Shown: one piece after another, positions 1-13,082 of the stretch
How the letters are laid out: every line of letters begins with the position of its first letter
Position numbering within the stretch: position 1 is the first letter of the stretch
From: Octopus sinensis
Lineage: Eukaryota
Assembly: GCF_006345805.1 (NCBI RefSeq)
Contig: NC_043002.1
Location: 62,744,001 to 62,808,000 of the forward strand
Direction: 5' to 3'
DNA length: 64,000 nucleotides
Translations under genes and position numbers: made by a program
Notes under the pieces: model-generated
The model's input: only the letters and a program-made list of their open reading frames with translations
Databases searched by the model: none
What the model was told of the DNA's origin: nothing

Positions 1-155
1 CCACACTCTGTATCACGCAGAATCTCCCCGAGAACTACGTTAAGGGTATGCGTGTCTGTGGAGTGCTCAGCCACTTGTACGTTAATTTCACGAGCAGGTT
101 GTTCCGTTGATCGGATCATCTGGAACCCTCGTCGTCATAACTGACGGAGCGCCAC
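1..155 (+). mobile_element. SINE family B, 3' part (runs off the window start)
   Basis: Collinear with the 3' half of the full copy at 43022-43402 (ctccccgagaactacgtt...gctcagccacttg...aatttcacgagcagg). Confidence 0.85.
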
Positions 156-597
156 CACCTTATATATATATCAGTCACTCTGTCAGAATGCAACATGGCT
201 AAAAGATTAAGGATATGTCTGTCATCGTCGTGAGGTACATTATTTACATTTGACGGATATTTGTACTCATCTTGTTTGATGTTAACACAACGTTTCGGCT
301 GATATACCCTACAGCCTTCATCGTCATAAGGTGTTGAATTTGATTCCATTTCGCGACATTTTATTTATATATCATACCATTGCTACGTATATTCGTATAT
401 AGAAACTGTGTGGAATCCCATCGTATGGATTGTTCTTGTAATTCAAATACCCAAACATGTTATCAAAGACTATGTCACAGGGATTCGGTTTTAGAATGAT
501 ATATCGATGGAATTCACTACCATTTACACGCTAATCTACGGTTCATGTCGTTGTGTTAATAAAAACCGACTAAATACACCACATCCAATGGGAATAT

Positions 598-618
598 ATC
601 TATCTGCATGTCTGTTTG

Positions 619-688
<70 letters not shown>

Positions 689-822
689 AATCTATGTGTC
701 AGTCTGTCTGATTGTCTGTCTATCTATCAATCTATCTGTCAGTCTGTCTGATTGTCTGTCTATCTAACAATCTATCTGTCAGTCTGTCTGATTGTCTGTC
801 TATCTATCAATCTATCTGTCAG

Positions 823-864
<42 letters not shown>

Positions 865-868
865 AATC
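598..868. repeat. Compound (TATC)n/(TGTC)n microsatellite
   Basis: Directly visible; explains the ORFs at 507-767 and 712-972. Confidence 0.95.
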
Positions 869-2452
869 CACCAGTACCTCCGTCGTGGGACGCTGGACGG
901 ACGGCCCGGTTGAGTTGCTCGGGGTCTGGTTCGGTCCGGACCTCCAAATGGAGAAGAACTGGAACGAGATAACGAGTAGGGTGGTCACTGTCGCCTGGCA
1001 ATGGGCCGAGAGGAAACTGTCCCTAAAAGGTCGGGCGGAGGTGGCGAACACGCACATCGCATCCATCATGTACGACCGCCTGACCGTCGTACCTTGTCCC
1101 GACCCTACCATCACCAAACTAGAACGCATTCTCTTCCGCTTCTTGTGGAAAGGATGCGCCCCCGATGGTCAGGCGATCCATTTGCTGTCAACACCTGTTT
1201 AAAGGAGGGCTGGGTATGCCGTGGTTGATGATGCGCAGACACGCGCTGAGACTGCGACATCTCCGGCTCTATGTAGACGACGGTGAACAGGTGTGGTCGC
1301 CGTTTCTGAGGCACGCTTTCCCGCAGCTCGTCTCCATGACCGAACTGCAGTCGTGGATCAAAAAGAGGTGGAGGAAGGGCGAATGGCACCGCGAGTGTCG
1401 GTTGCTCTCAAGCAACTCTGCCGTCCCGGGTCGACCTTGAGTGACTTCAACACAACCAAAGCATTCTATAGGGGATTAGTGGGGGGGGGGAGAACGACGA
1501 CGATCTTGGGGCAAACCTGGGCGTCGAAGAGGAATACCTGACCCGCCTGTTTGAAACGACTTTCAGGCCGGGATCTATGGACAACTTCCAGAGATTCCTG
1601 ACCTGGCGGTGCTACCGAGAAGCGCTATCCGTTCGGGATAAGCTCTATAGGCATGGCTCGAGAAACACGGAGCCGACCTGCCTGAGATGCGGGCAGAGCG
1701 ACGAAACCGTTCTGCACGCAATCGTGCAGTGTCCAACAATCTCCGACCTGTGGGCTTATGTCGAACGACTGCTGTCACGTGTGGGACGTGTCGGTTTATC
1801 AGCCGAGTCTATCGTTAATATCGTCACGCCTCCTTCCTTCAAACGGGAAGGAAGAGCTATTTTTATCATACATGTGGCTATGGCGAAAGAATGTATCTGG
1901 TGGACGCGCCTGAAAGGATTAGAGACAAACACTTTCCTCTCTGGTCAATCTCTCATCAACTTCTTCAAGTATCACTTGAAGAGGAAAGTGAGAGTAGAGA
2001 GGCAAGTTTGGTCTAGTGAATGTTTTAAAAAAAGATGGGTGAATGTAGCAAGGATGGCACGTATGAATGACGAAGCCACTTTGACTATGATCCTATGAAC
2101 CGTAAAAACTAATACAGAGAGTTGCTTATTTGTAAAAAAAAATATAACATGTGACTTCAACGACCGAGGTTACCGTGGTCTTTTCCGTCGGCTTTTCTTT
2201 CCACGGGTAAACTTCACCTGTCCTCCCCTTTACACTTCATATTGACATTTCTGTGATAACGATCCCTATTGATCAATTTTTTGCCTTTTCACATTTTTTT
2301 CAAATGTTATCCCCCCCTTTTTTGTCCTCTTTCTTTCCTTTTACGATCCCTTTTGATCGAAAACCAAACCCCCTTTTTCACCCCCAAAAGAAAAGCTCTA
2401 CCTTGTAATTTGTCCTGTCTGTGTCCAGCCCTGTGTGGCTAATAAAGAAACA
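869..2452 (+). mobile_element. 5'-truncated Tx1/L1-clade LINE: frameshifted ORF2 C-terminus (RT thumb plus zf-RVT-like Cys/His region) and 3' UTR
   Basis: ORF pieces VELLGVWFG...WAERKLSLKGRAEVANTHIASIMY...RFLWKG, GGLGMP and CLRCGQSDETVLHAIVQC resemble Tx1/L1 ORF2. Stop at 2098, pyrimidine-rich UTR ending AATAAAGAAA, and the 16-mer tatctatctatcaatc on both sides (853-868, 2453-2468). Confidence 0.9.
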
Positions 2453-3082
2453 TATCTATCTATCAATCTATCTATCTATCTGTCAGTCTATCTGTCAGTC
2501 TATCTATCTATCTATCTATCTGTCTGTCTGTCTGTGTCTCTGTGTATTTGTCTCGGGCTGTCTGCCCGTCAGTATCCGAGAAGACATAAGAAGCATTAAG
2601 AGAAGCTCTAGTCCAGTTAAGTCACTGAAAACTGTGTCTTCGGATTGTTTTGCTGCTCATTTCAAGTAACAGTATATATTATTTATTCCCCAGGATAAAT
2701 CGCAATTAAACTTAATTAGCAATGGTACATTTTTACTTTCATTTCATTATGCCCCAATATAAAACATATTATTATTTATACCTTAGGCCTTCCTGTCATG
2801 GTAATTAACGGTTGTGTTTTTGTTTACGTCTGAATACAAAGAATAACAAAAGGCAACAATTTATGTATTCTTGTGCATTCTTCTAGTTTCATAAAAATGG
2901 TGGTGGTTGTGGTTTATTGTAGGAGAATGGTTTCTAATAGTCAAAGATCTAGTGAATACGAAAGAAAGTTTCGGAACTTTGGTTCAAAATACCTCCTTTT
3001 AATTTTGATTATTAACGCAGCAGAAATAATGTTTTATGTAAGACTCCGTAAAATTTCACAAAACTTTAGCTGTTCGGCGCAC

Positions 3083-3114
3083 AAACAACAACAACAACAA
3101 CGTCAACAACTACA

Positions 3115-3152
<38 letters not shown>

Positions 3153-3225
3153 GACTACTGCTGCTGCTGCTGCTGCTGCTGTTGCTGCTACTACTACTAC
3201 TACTACTAATAATAATAATAATACT
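3083..3225. repeat. Compound trinucleotide microsatellite (CAA/CTA/CTG/TAA)
   Basis: Directly visible; explains the poly-Q/poly-L ORF 2873-3262. Confidence 0.95.
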
Positions 3226-3227
3226 TT

Positions 3228-3362
3228 CTACTATAGGCACAAGGCCTGAAATTTTGGGGTAAGGGACTTGTTGATTAAATTGACCACATTGCACATCTGA
3301 TACTTATTTTATCGACCCCGAAAGGATGAAATGCAAGGTCTACTTCATCAGAATTTCAATGG
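3228..3362 (-). mobile_element. SINE family A, 3' half
   Basis: Reverse complement of the family-A central box (ttttatcgaccccgaaaggatgaaa) and the ggccttgtgccta tail. Confidence 0.8.
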
Positions 3363-3459
3363 AAGAAATACCATTTTGATGTCAGTAACGAAGTGAACTA
3401 TTAAAAGGAAATATGCAGTATCAGACAGTACCAGATAGCTCTGACTTAAATACATGGTA

Positions 3460-4500
3460 TACATCCCTTTGTGTCTACATTTTCCGATGATTTCGGATTT
3501 TTAACAAAGGTAGTTATTCGGTTGAATTGAATATTTCAACATTAAGGTTTTCTATTAAGAGCATAAATCAAATTATTCTGCTGCATTTTATTTACCGCCG
3601 GTCCATTGTAGAATTTTTCATGTCACTCTAACTGGAGACATACCGGAGATTCTATGTTGTGTTCACTTTCGTTCTTTCCAAATTTAAGAAGATAATGATT
3701 GTAAAAGTTAGTCTTAAGTTTTGCCATTGTAGTTCTATATATTCTGTCATTGTACAGATTTTGTTCAACTTAACTGCTCAAATTCCGTTAAGCAAACAAG
3801 TGTTAACATTGCAACATTTTCTGCAGGCAAGCATCAAAGATTCTGACTACTTCTTGAAGTGATTTTGTAGTTTTGCGTGTTATAATACTTCTCATATTTA
3901 ATGGTGCAACTATAACTATATTCAATGATGTTCCTATTGAATAATTTCTTTCTTTGTGGTTGCTTACTTGTCTATTTCGTTCATGAAAATTTTAGCTCCT
4001 TTGGATTTTACATTAAGTGAATAGGATGAGTGAGCTAGATGATTCTACGTTGTTTTTACTTCATGGGAGATAATTAAGTTTAGGGACTTCTTGGTTGGTG
4101 TATACACTATGTGGTCCTCAAAAAGCTGGGGCGAAAATTATCTATTTGTACGGTCTTATATAGGTACTGAAATCAATGGAGAATGATAGATCTTCTGTTG
4201 ATATAAGGGAGATTCTTGGTTTTCTGATTACGCTTGTGACATTTAGGATATTCTCTATGGTACCGTTATTTTTTTTTTTTTATCCCATAGCGATATTCTA
4301 TACCCAAACAGCTGAAAATTTTGATCATATCCTTTCTTAATTTATCTTCGATGCGTGTGCTAGCGTTATTGAAAATGATTTAACTGTGAGAGGAATAGAG
4401 AGGAATTCAGTACGTTAATCTTCTTTTGAATATATTTAAAGTGTACAATCCAATGAGATTGGTAATAACTGTTTGGTGCAATGAACACATGCGTACATCG
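3460..4500 (-). pseudogene. Decayed Penelope-like element ORF: RT C-terminus through the C-terminal endonuclease region
   Basis: Manual minus-strand translation gives IEDKLRKDMIKIFSCLGIE (~4290-4355), TIENILNVT (~4240), NRNIIEYSYSCT..NMRSII (~3880-3950) and KSEIIGKCRHK (3468-3500). These appear in the order typical of Neptune/Naiad-type PLE ORFs, with many stops and frameshifts. Confidence 0.75.
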
Positions 4501-4744
4501 AATAAATTTCTCTATGAGTTCGTTACATATTCATTACAGACGCATGAAGGAGTCTGCAGCCAATAAACGTTTATAAACTATTAAAGGAATATATCCCAGA
4601 ATCAAATTCTACCGATTAATATACATACACACCAACCTACATACATACATACATACATAAATACATATATACATGCACGCATACATACGCACATACAAGC
4701 ACACACACACATATACATAGATGTTCTTTCATTCTTTCATTTTT

Positions 4745-4923
4745 TATTTGTTTCAGTCAGGCTTGGGCACCGCTTTGAAGAATTTTCATTTCTTGAACGA
4801 AACGACCACAGTACTCAAGCTTTAAAGCCTGGTTCTTATGCTAGGTATGGGACGTAAACACACCAACACCTCATTTCAAACGGTGGTTGCGCGATAAACA
4901 AAGACACATTAACCCCCACCCTG

Positions 4924-4954
<31 letters not shown>

Positions 4955-5044
4955 TATATAAATATGTGAGTGTGTGTGTGTGTGTGTGTGTCTGTGCCTG
5001 TGTGTGTCTGTGTGCGTGTGTGTATATATGTATGTATGTGTGTG

Positions 5045-5097
<53 letters not shown>

Positions 5098-5222
5098 AGG
5101 GTTTCGAGTTTCCATCTAGAAAATCTAATGACAAAGTATTCATCGGCCCGAGGCTATAGTAGAAGACTCAAGCCCAAGCTACCAGGTAATGGGACTGAAC
5201 CTGGAACCATGTGATTGCGAAG
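4745..5222 (-). mobile_element. SINE family C, degenerate, with an expanded internal (TA)/(TG) tract
   Basis: 3' part (gggacgtaaacacacc) at ~4750-4910 and 5' part (cccgaggctatagtagaagac...gggactgaacctggaaccatgtg) at ~5140-5215. Confidence 0.7.
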
Positions 5223-5379
5223 CAAAGATAGATAAATAAATAGACAGATAGATAGATAGACAGAGAAATAGAGTGAAGAAGAGATAGAATGCTATATGAG
5301 TGCCTATCTTTACTTATACAACCATGCATGCAGACATACATATGTACATACATACGTATACACACACACACACACACAC

Positions 5380-5435
<56 letters not shown>

Positions 5436-5517
5436 TGTGAGTGTGTGTGTGTGTGTGTGTGTGTCTGTGCCTGTGTGTGTCTGTGTGCGTGTGTGTATAT
5501 ATGTATGTATGTGTGTG

Positions 5518-5564
<47 letters not shown>

Positions 5565-5838
5565 TGTGTGTGTGTGAAAAGGGTTTCGAGTTTCCATCTA
5601 GAAAATCTAATGACAAAGTATTCATCGGCCCGAGGCTATAGTAGAAGACTCAAGCCCAAGCTACCAGGTAATGGGACTGAACCTGGAACCATGTGATTGC
5701 GAAGCAAAGATAGATAAATAAATAGACAGATAGATAGATAGACAGAGAAATAGAGTGAAGAAGAGATAGAATGCTATATGAGTGCCTATCTTTACTTATA
5801 CAACCATGCATGCAGACATACATATGTACATACATACG

Positions 5839-5889
<51 letters not shown>

Positions 5890-5890
5890 G
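4950..5890. repeat. Tandem duplication, 2 x ~480 bp
   Basis: gaaaagggtttcgagtttccatctagaaaatctaatg occurs at ~5095 and ~5576. Unique parts are near-identical; the copies differ mainly in microsatellite lengths. Confidence 0.9.
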
Positions 5891-6584
5891 TATATATATA
5901 CGTGCACACACACATATATATATACATATTTACATAATACATACAGACACACACATACCTACATACATGCATACATACATATATACATACATATAGCCAC
6001 GCACATACACACTCACATATACACACATAAACATATCTGCTTAGTAAAAGATGATGTTTCCGTGTGATGCATTGTAAACATATGTTAATGCGCCATCATA
6101 AAAATATGAATGTATTTGTTTAGACAAACTTATTCATATGGAGAAGAGGACGTCAAAGATAAAAATATAAGATGAGGAAATGTGCGTATCATTTTTGTTT
6201 GCACCGTTTTATACGTATGTTTCTGAGTACGTTATGTTTAGTTGTGCCTATTGGCGACGTAATTCAAAATATTCTGTCAAATCTTTAAAATATTGGAAAA
6301 GAAAAAAAAGAAAATCAAAATTTTCAGAACTTACCAAAGACGAAGATTTTCCCATATTTGTGTAATTGTTATTATTATTTTTATTATTATTATTATCGGG
6401 TATTTGTTTGTTTTTCCAATTGACTGTTAGAACATTCAAGTGAGATACAATCCAATTCGGAACGAATAACTATCCGGTGTATTGGCTGGGTATAATATGT
6501 TTTACCTGTCGAAGATACGAAATAATAATAATGATAATAATAATAACAACAGCAAGAACAATAATAATAATAATAATATTTATA

Positions 6585-6774
6585 AAAAACACCAGGACTT
6601 ACAAATATATATATAACATACAGAAAATTGCACAACTGGGCACTACACACATCCTACGCAAAACACTTTCAATACAATAATCATAAGAGCATCACAGCAA
6701 CCCACAGCACATACCCAAGGCACACAGAGCTACGCTTGGTAGTGAAGTGGAAGCACGCTATAAAAACAAAACTA

Positions 6775-6777
<3 letters not shown>
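6585..6777 (+). mobile_element. R4/Dong-like LINE, extreme 3' end, embedded in (AAT)n
   Basis: Translates ...NIQKIAQLGTTHILRKTLSIQ* (stop 6680), the typical C-terminus of restriction-like-endonuclease LINEs, followed by ~100 bp of UTR. (AAT)n flanks both sides. Confidence 0.7.
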
Positions 6778-6808
<31 letters not shown>

Positions 6809-6854
6809 TAATAATAATAATAATAATGATAATAATAATAATAATAATAATAAT

Positions 6855-6990
6855 AACTGGCATTTATTTTATCGACCCTGAAGGGATGAAAGGCAAAGTC
6901 GACCTCTGCGAAACTTGAACTCAGAATGTGAAGACGGACAAATTGCAGCGAAGCATTTTGTCCGGCCTACTAGCTATTCTGCCAGCTTTC
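6855..6990 (-). mobile_element. SINE family A, 5' part
   Basis: Reverse complement of head (ctggcagaa...), B-box-like ttctgagttcaa and central box. Confidence 0.8.
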
Positions 6991-7732
6991 CTCTCTAATA
7001 AGCATAATTTTAATAACAATTATAACGACAATAATATGTTGTGGTCAGCTCCAAATTAAATGAGTAGCGTAGAACACAAACCAGCGAATTGCATATTCCA
7101 CAGAGCATCACTTACCAATACACTAATCGTCAATTACACCAACACATACAATATCTAATCAGCATCTAAGAAAATAATTCACTGTGCATTTGCTCTGCTA
7201 CAATATTGCTTCGAGCAAAACAAATGAGATGTTGTATACGAAGACAATTGAACATTCCCCCAAAAGAAGCAATGCCACACACAGAGCACAAGAACATAGT
7301 TGTGTACAAATTTGTGTAGTAGATATTTGAATAAAACTATGAAAATAATCTATCTAGCCATTTTCTCTACCCACTTTTCCAGAGAGGCTGGTAGGAGTAG
7401 ATGTTCAATTAGATACTCCATACGGTTGTAGCAGAAGCAACTGTTATTACACGTTCTAGTTGCATTCCCAAGCATGACCAACTAAGACCATGGATATTAT
7501 GCAACATTCTTGTTCTTGACTAACCTCCAGGTCTCTTGTTGTCCGATTCTTTCATGTGTAATTCTTATCGCAAGTTCACCATACCGGGGCTGTGACCTCT
7601 GGATTTCGAGAAGTAGCGGCTTAAACAAGAAATCCCCCGAGTTACGAACGCTGTCTAGTAACGATTGTCCATAGAACCTACGGATTCATCTCTATTGAAT
7701 AATGATCAATAATTATAATAATACAAAGTCAT

Positions 7733-7942
7733 CGAGCTGGCAGAAACATTAGCACGCCGGGTGTAATGCTTAGCAGTATTTTGTCTGTCTTTAAGTTCTG
7801 AGTTCAAATTCCCCCGAGGTCGAGTTTGCTTTTCATCCTTTTGGGGTCGATAAAATAAGTACCAGTTGCGTATTGGGGTCGATCTAATCAACTGGCCCCC
7901 TCCCAAAATTTCGGGCCTTATGCTTAGAGTAAAAAAGAATAT
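7733..7942 (+). mobile_element. SINE family A, full length, tail type 1
   Basis: gagctggcagaaac head, gttctgagttcaaattcc, central box gaggtcga..ttgc.tttcatcct..ggggtcgataaaataagtaccag, tail ggccttatgcttagagtaaaaaagaata. Confidence 0.9.
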
Positions 7943-7956
7943 TTTGTTGAGGAATA

Positions 7957-8170
7957 GGTGGCGAGCTGGCAGAAACTTTAGCACGCCGGACGAAATGCTA
8001 AGCGGTATTTTGTCCGTTCAAAATCAGCCGAGGTCGACTTTGCCTTTCATCCTTTCTAGATCGAAAAATTATGTACCAGTTGCGTACCGGAGTCGAGCTA
8101 ATCGACTGCCCCCCCCCCCCCCCCCGCGGAACAACATTTCGAATCTTGTGCCTAGAGTAGAAAAGAATAA
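7957..8170 (+). mobile_element. SINE family A, full length, tail type 1, head-to-tail after the previous copy
   Basis: Same modules as 7733-7942, but with independent divergence. Confidence 0.9.
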
Positions 8171-8329
8171 TTATAATAATACATAAATTGGAAGGAAAAG
8201 AACGATTAGAAGAAAAGTTTATGTTTGTAAAGACCAGCTACTGATAAATAAAGCAATGTGAGAAAACCACCAACACAAACAGTCGATGTATATGCTGACA
8301 GGATAGACTAAAAGAGTATAAGATATTGT

Positions 8330-8650
8330 ATTACACTGAGAGACACGTCATTAAATAAGGGTGTTGGAATTATCCACAATGCTAAAAGAATTAATGAAAA
8401 TTGGCATGCCACAATGGGAAACATACTTTGTGTTAAATCACAACAGAATTATCAAATAATCTGCTAAAACTCGTATAAAAATGATATTGTTCTAAAGAGG
8501 CTCGGTTTCACTTCTTTCGTGTTTTACTCGTTTTTATATTACGAGCGGCATTAAACTGGGCAATCAATGGTTGCAATGTCCGAAAGGACCATTATTCGCA
8601 ACTACCTATATATTCATGATATCAAGCTGTCACCCAATTTGGTGTTTCAA
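8330..8650 (+). pseudogene. Possible highly decayed non-LTR RT remnant
   Basis: NYLYIHDIKL near 8600-8630 resembles the HLLYMDDLKL catalytic motif. Nothing else is convincing. Confidence 0.3.
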
Positions 8651-8905
8651 CTGGAAAAATATTTTCGAAACCCTAAAACCGGTTAATACCTTTGAAAGCA
8701 AAATGGAGTATCGGCTCGTAAAAAGCTCAATGGAGTCATTAAATATGAACGTTCGGTAAACCATGACAAGGAAGCTATAAAATAATTCAAATATTTAAAG
8801 AATTGGCATATACATACATATATGCATATATAATATTTATCTACTCACACACACACACACATATACATATATATATACATCCATTCATATATATATGTGT
8901 GTGTG

Positions 8906-8936
<31 letters not shown>

Positions 8937-9363
8937 GTGTGTATATGTATATACATATATGTGTATATGTGCAGATATGTATATGTATATACATATATGT
9001 GTATATGTACAGATATGTATATGTATATACATATATGTGTATATGTACAGATATGTATACAAATACATATCTATACATATACATGTGTAGTTGTATGTAT
9101 AGATATGTATACATCTATTTATGTATCAATATACTTATTCGTAAATATTTGCTGAAGAAATCTAAAACCTAGGCATAACCGTCAAAAATATCGAGGTAAA
9201 AGTTCTTATTTTTCATTCCCTCCGAAAATTGCTCTTAAATGTGGTTTTGGTCGTTTTGACTGCTTCTTCTAGCGTGTAAAAAATTATCTGTTAAATGTAG
9301 ATTTCTCTTGTGTTTAAATGTACACTATTTTATATTAAGTGTATATATATACACACATATATA

Positions 9364-9900
9364 GTGAAAATTTACAAAAAAGCAAAAGATGAAGACAGGT
9401 GTGTAAACAACAAACCGATGTATCAGTTTAACGCTCTGGAAGGGAGTAATTCTTTTACGTTTCGAGCCTACACTCCTACACAGAAAGGAACACAGAAATA
9501 AAAAGGGAGAGAAAACAGAAAAGGTTCAGTGGCTAGCGATTTATCATGTATGTATATAAAATATACATACATACACACAAGGTGTATATTGAAAAAAGGA
9601 TTAATAAGTCAAATGTATGTGTCGTAAAGAAAACATCATATAGAGATAAGATAGTTTTCATGATATCGGAAAGCTTCCTAACTAATCCGGAATCGTTTTG
9701 GCCACCAAGAATGTGAGAAGACGTAGTTGCTTCTAACGTCATTGTAGACAGCAACTCTAAACCGCCATACATGTAGTCTTATTTGATTCATTATGATATA
9801 AGCAAAACGGTTGTAGTGATACAATGTCTAGTCTAAACATAGTCGAAGTGCACAGATTCTTTTGTACAGGTGAGTGCTATATTGGGAGCTGGAATATTAG
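9364..9900 (-). mobile_element. PLE-like 3' end (family D terminal repeat) with degenerate hammerhead at 9452-9488
   Basis: 9364-9548 is homologous to 45463-45666. The upstream minus frame reads QIRLHVWRFRVAVYNDVRSNYVFSHSW, weakly like PLE GIY-YIG C-terminal sequence. Confidence 0.55.
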
Positions 9901-10309
9901 CAGAACCCCTGGTGGCAAAAGAAAAAGGAGGAGGAGGGCGTCTTAAAATATATAACGGAGAAAATACATCCTAAGTGGAGACCGATAGAAAATGAAGATT
10001 CACAACAAGCAATTGCAATCACCATGGAGTCGAGGTTGTCATTGTGGTTGTTGTTATTAATGATGATGAGGCTACTGCTGCTGATGATGGTGATAAGAAA
10101 ATTGACAACAATAGTAGTAGTAGTTGTTGTTGTAATTGTTGTAGTTTTGGTTTCTTCATCAGCCACACTTCCAATAAAAGTCAATATAACGTAATAAAGG
10201 TTTCTAGTGAAAAAAATAGCCTTCAGATTTCGAGTTGCAACTGACAACAGTTTAAAACCGGTGCTTATATTAGATAAAAAAAACATGTCTAGTTGTGAGT
10301 GGGTGATTA

Positions 10310-10349
<40 letters not shown>

Positions 10350-10373
10350 TGCGTGTGCATGTGTGTGTGTCTG

Positions 10374-10412
<39 letters not shown>

Positions 10413-11049
10413 CGTGTGTGCGTTTGTGTGTGTTTGTGTGTGTGTGTGTGTCTGTGAATATATGTATGTATATATATGTATATATATATATATCTGTTTG
10501 TATGTGTGTGTCTGTATACACACATATATATACACACACAGTCATATATATATTCATTTATTTATCTATATTATATATACATAGACACACATATATATAT
10601 ATGTGTATATATATTTTTGTATATATATATATGCGTGTGTTTACTTATTTATCTATCTATATTTATATATAACATCTCAATATAAGTATGAATTAAATGA
10701 TAATCGTAACGTTGGAGAGATGTCGTCGACAACAACAACAAACACGACAACGTTGACAATGACAATGTCGAGGATATTGATCACACTGATGGTGATGATG
10801 ATGATGAGAATGATGATGGGGGTTGAGATAGCGTTGGTAGGGGGGCGGCGATTGTGGTGATGGTGGTGGAGACGACGATGGGAGCCACGACGACGGCGAC
10901 GATGGTGATAAGAAAACTGTACCAATGTCTCATTTTGGAATCAATAAGAGGATATTGGAATATTGGAATTCATTAAGACATATCTCAGACAGTAAATGGC
11001 TTTTGAGATATAGATTTCTATGTCTAAGGGGAGAGCATTCCCTTTTACC

Positions 11050-11093
11050 TATATATATATGTGTGTGTATGTATGTATATATATATATATGTG

Positions 11094-11124
<31 letters not shown>

Positions 11125-11625
11125 ATATATTTTTATATATATATATATCAACATATATATATATATCAACATATATATATGTAGTGAACTTATAAACAAT
11201 ACATACATAAAAGGTGTTTACTAACATATAAGATGCTATATGTATATGCATATATAAATATGTATGATGTGTGTATACATATATATATATACGTATGTAT
11301 ATATGCAAATATATATGTACATATGTATATATGCAAATATATATATATACATATATATACAAATATATATATATATATACATATATATGCAAATATATAT
11401 ATATATATACATATATATGCAAATATATATATATATATATACAAATATATATATATCTATATATGTATATATACATATATATACAAATATATATATACAG
11501 TGGTTTAGAAGGAGGAGAGATAGAAAGACAGGGACATATATTTATAGATATGTTTATAGTGAAACGCACAGAATACGATCACTTGTATTGATTGGATATA
11601 TTCCTACATAGATAGATACATAGAT

Positions 11626-11692
<67 letters not shown>

Positions 11693-11904
11693 TATATATC
11701 TATATATATACCTATATACATATATATATACATTATATATATACATATATATATACATATATATATATACATATATATATATACATATATATATATACAT
11801 ATATACATATATATATCTATACATATATATACATATATATATATACATATATACATATATACATATACATATATACATATCAACATATACATATATACAT
11901 TATA

Positions 11905-11943
<39 letters not shown>

Positions 11944-11960
11944 TATATAATATATATATA
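11050..11960. repeat. Long (TA)n/(TACA)n compound microsatellite block
   Basis: Directly visible; source of the poly-(IY) ORFs. Confidence 0.95.
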
Positions 11961-12559
11961 CCATTGCATATATTTTTAAGATAGGATTATTGCAATACTA
12001 ATTCAGGAACGTGAATTGTGTTTGGATGTTCATATAGATATAATTATAACTGCTTACAGTTATAAGGATATCTCTTTAAATATCTAAACGCACAATCTCT
12101 GTGTCACTGACATATATACAATGTATGGATGTTTCCCTGTATATAGAGCGACAGACGGAGAGTGAAAGAGAGGTTGGGAGATAAGCTAGAGGGAAAGAGA
12201 GGAAAGAGAGAGGGTGTGTGAAAGAGAGTGAAACTGAGAAGGAAAAAAATAGGATAGAAGAAGTATACATAGAGAGCGATGAAGAATAATAGTGAAGCTT
12301 TTGGATAGAAGAGTTTCTAGAATTCCACCTATATAAACACAGACACACACACACGCATAAGTATACACACGCACACAGTAACACACACATATATACCTAT
12401 ACACGCGCTCACAGACATACACTATCCGATTATTAAATTTATATATTACATACCACATTATTGTATTACTTGTATTGTTGTATTGAGTTATTTTTCTCTA
12501 TTTACTTATCATGTTACGCATACACACCCCCTCACACAAAGATATATATACATACACTT

Positions 12560-12608
<49 letters not shown>

Positions 12609-12726
12609 CAATATATATAGATGCATAAATTATACGCACAGGTAGGTATATTATTATACGTAACTTTTTCATTATTAATACACACACACCTATATATGTG
12701 TATTTACAGAATGAGAGATAAAAATC

Positions 12727-12759
<33 letters not shown>

Positions 12760-13023
12760 TATATACATATATATATATACATATATATACATATATATAC
12801 ATATATATACATTTATGTATATATATATATATATATATGCGTTTATACATATGTATATGTGTGTGTGTGTGTGTGTGTTGTGTGCAGGTAAACACAGAGA
12901 CTGGAAAGCAGGCATTTAATGCAACATTGTATAATGGAACCTTCAGAAGCGAAATTGTGGCGTAAATACATGTAATTGAAATTTCGATGCTGAATGCATA
13001 AAATGTATCTGTTATATAGACCT

Positions 13024-13082
<59 letters not shown>

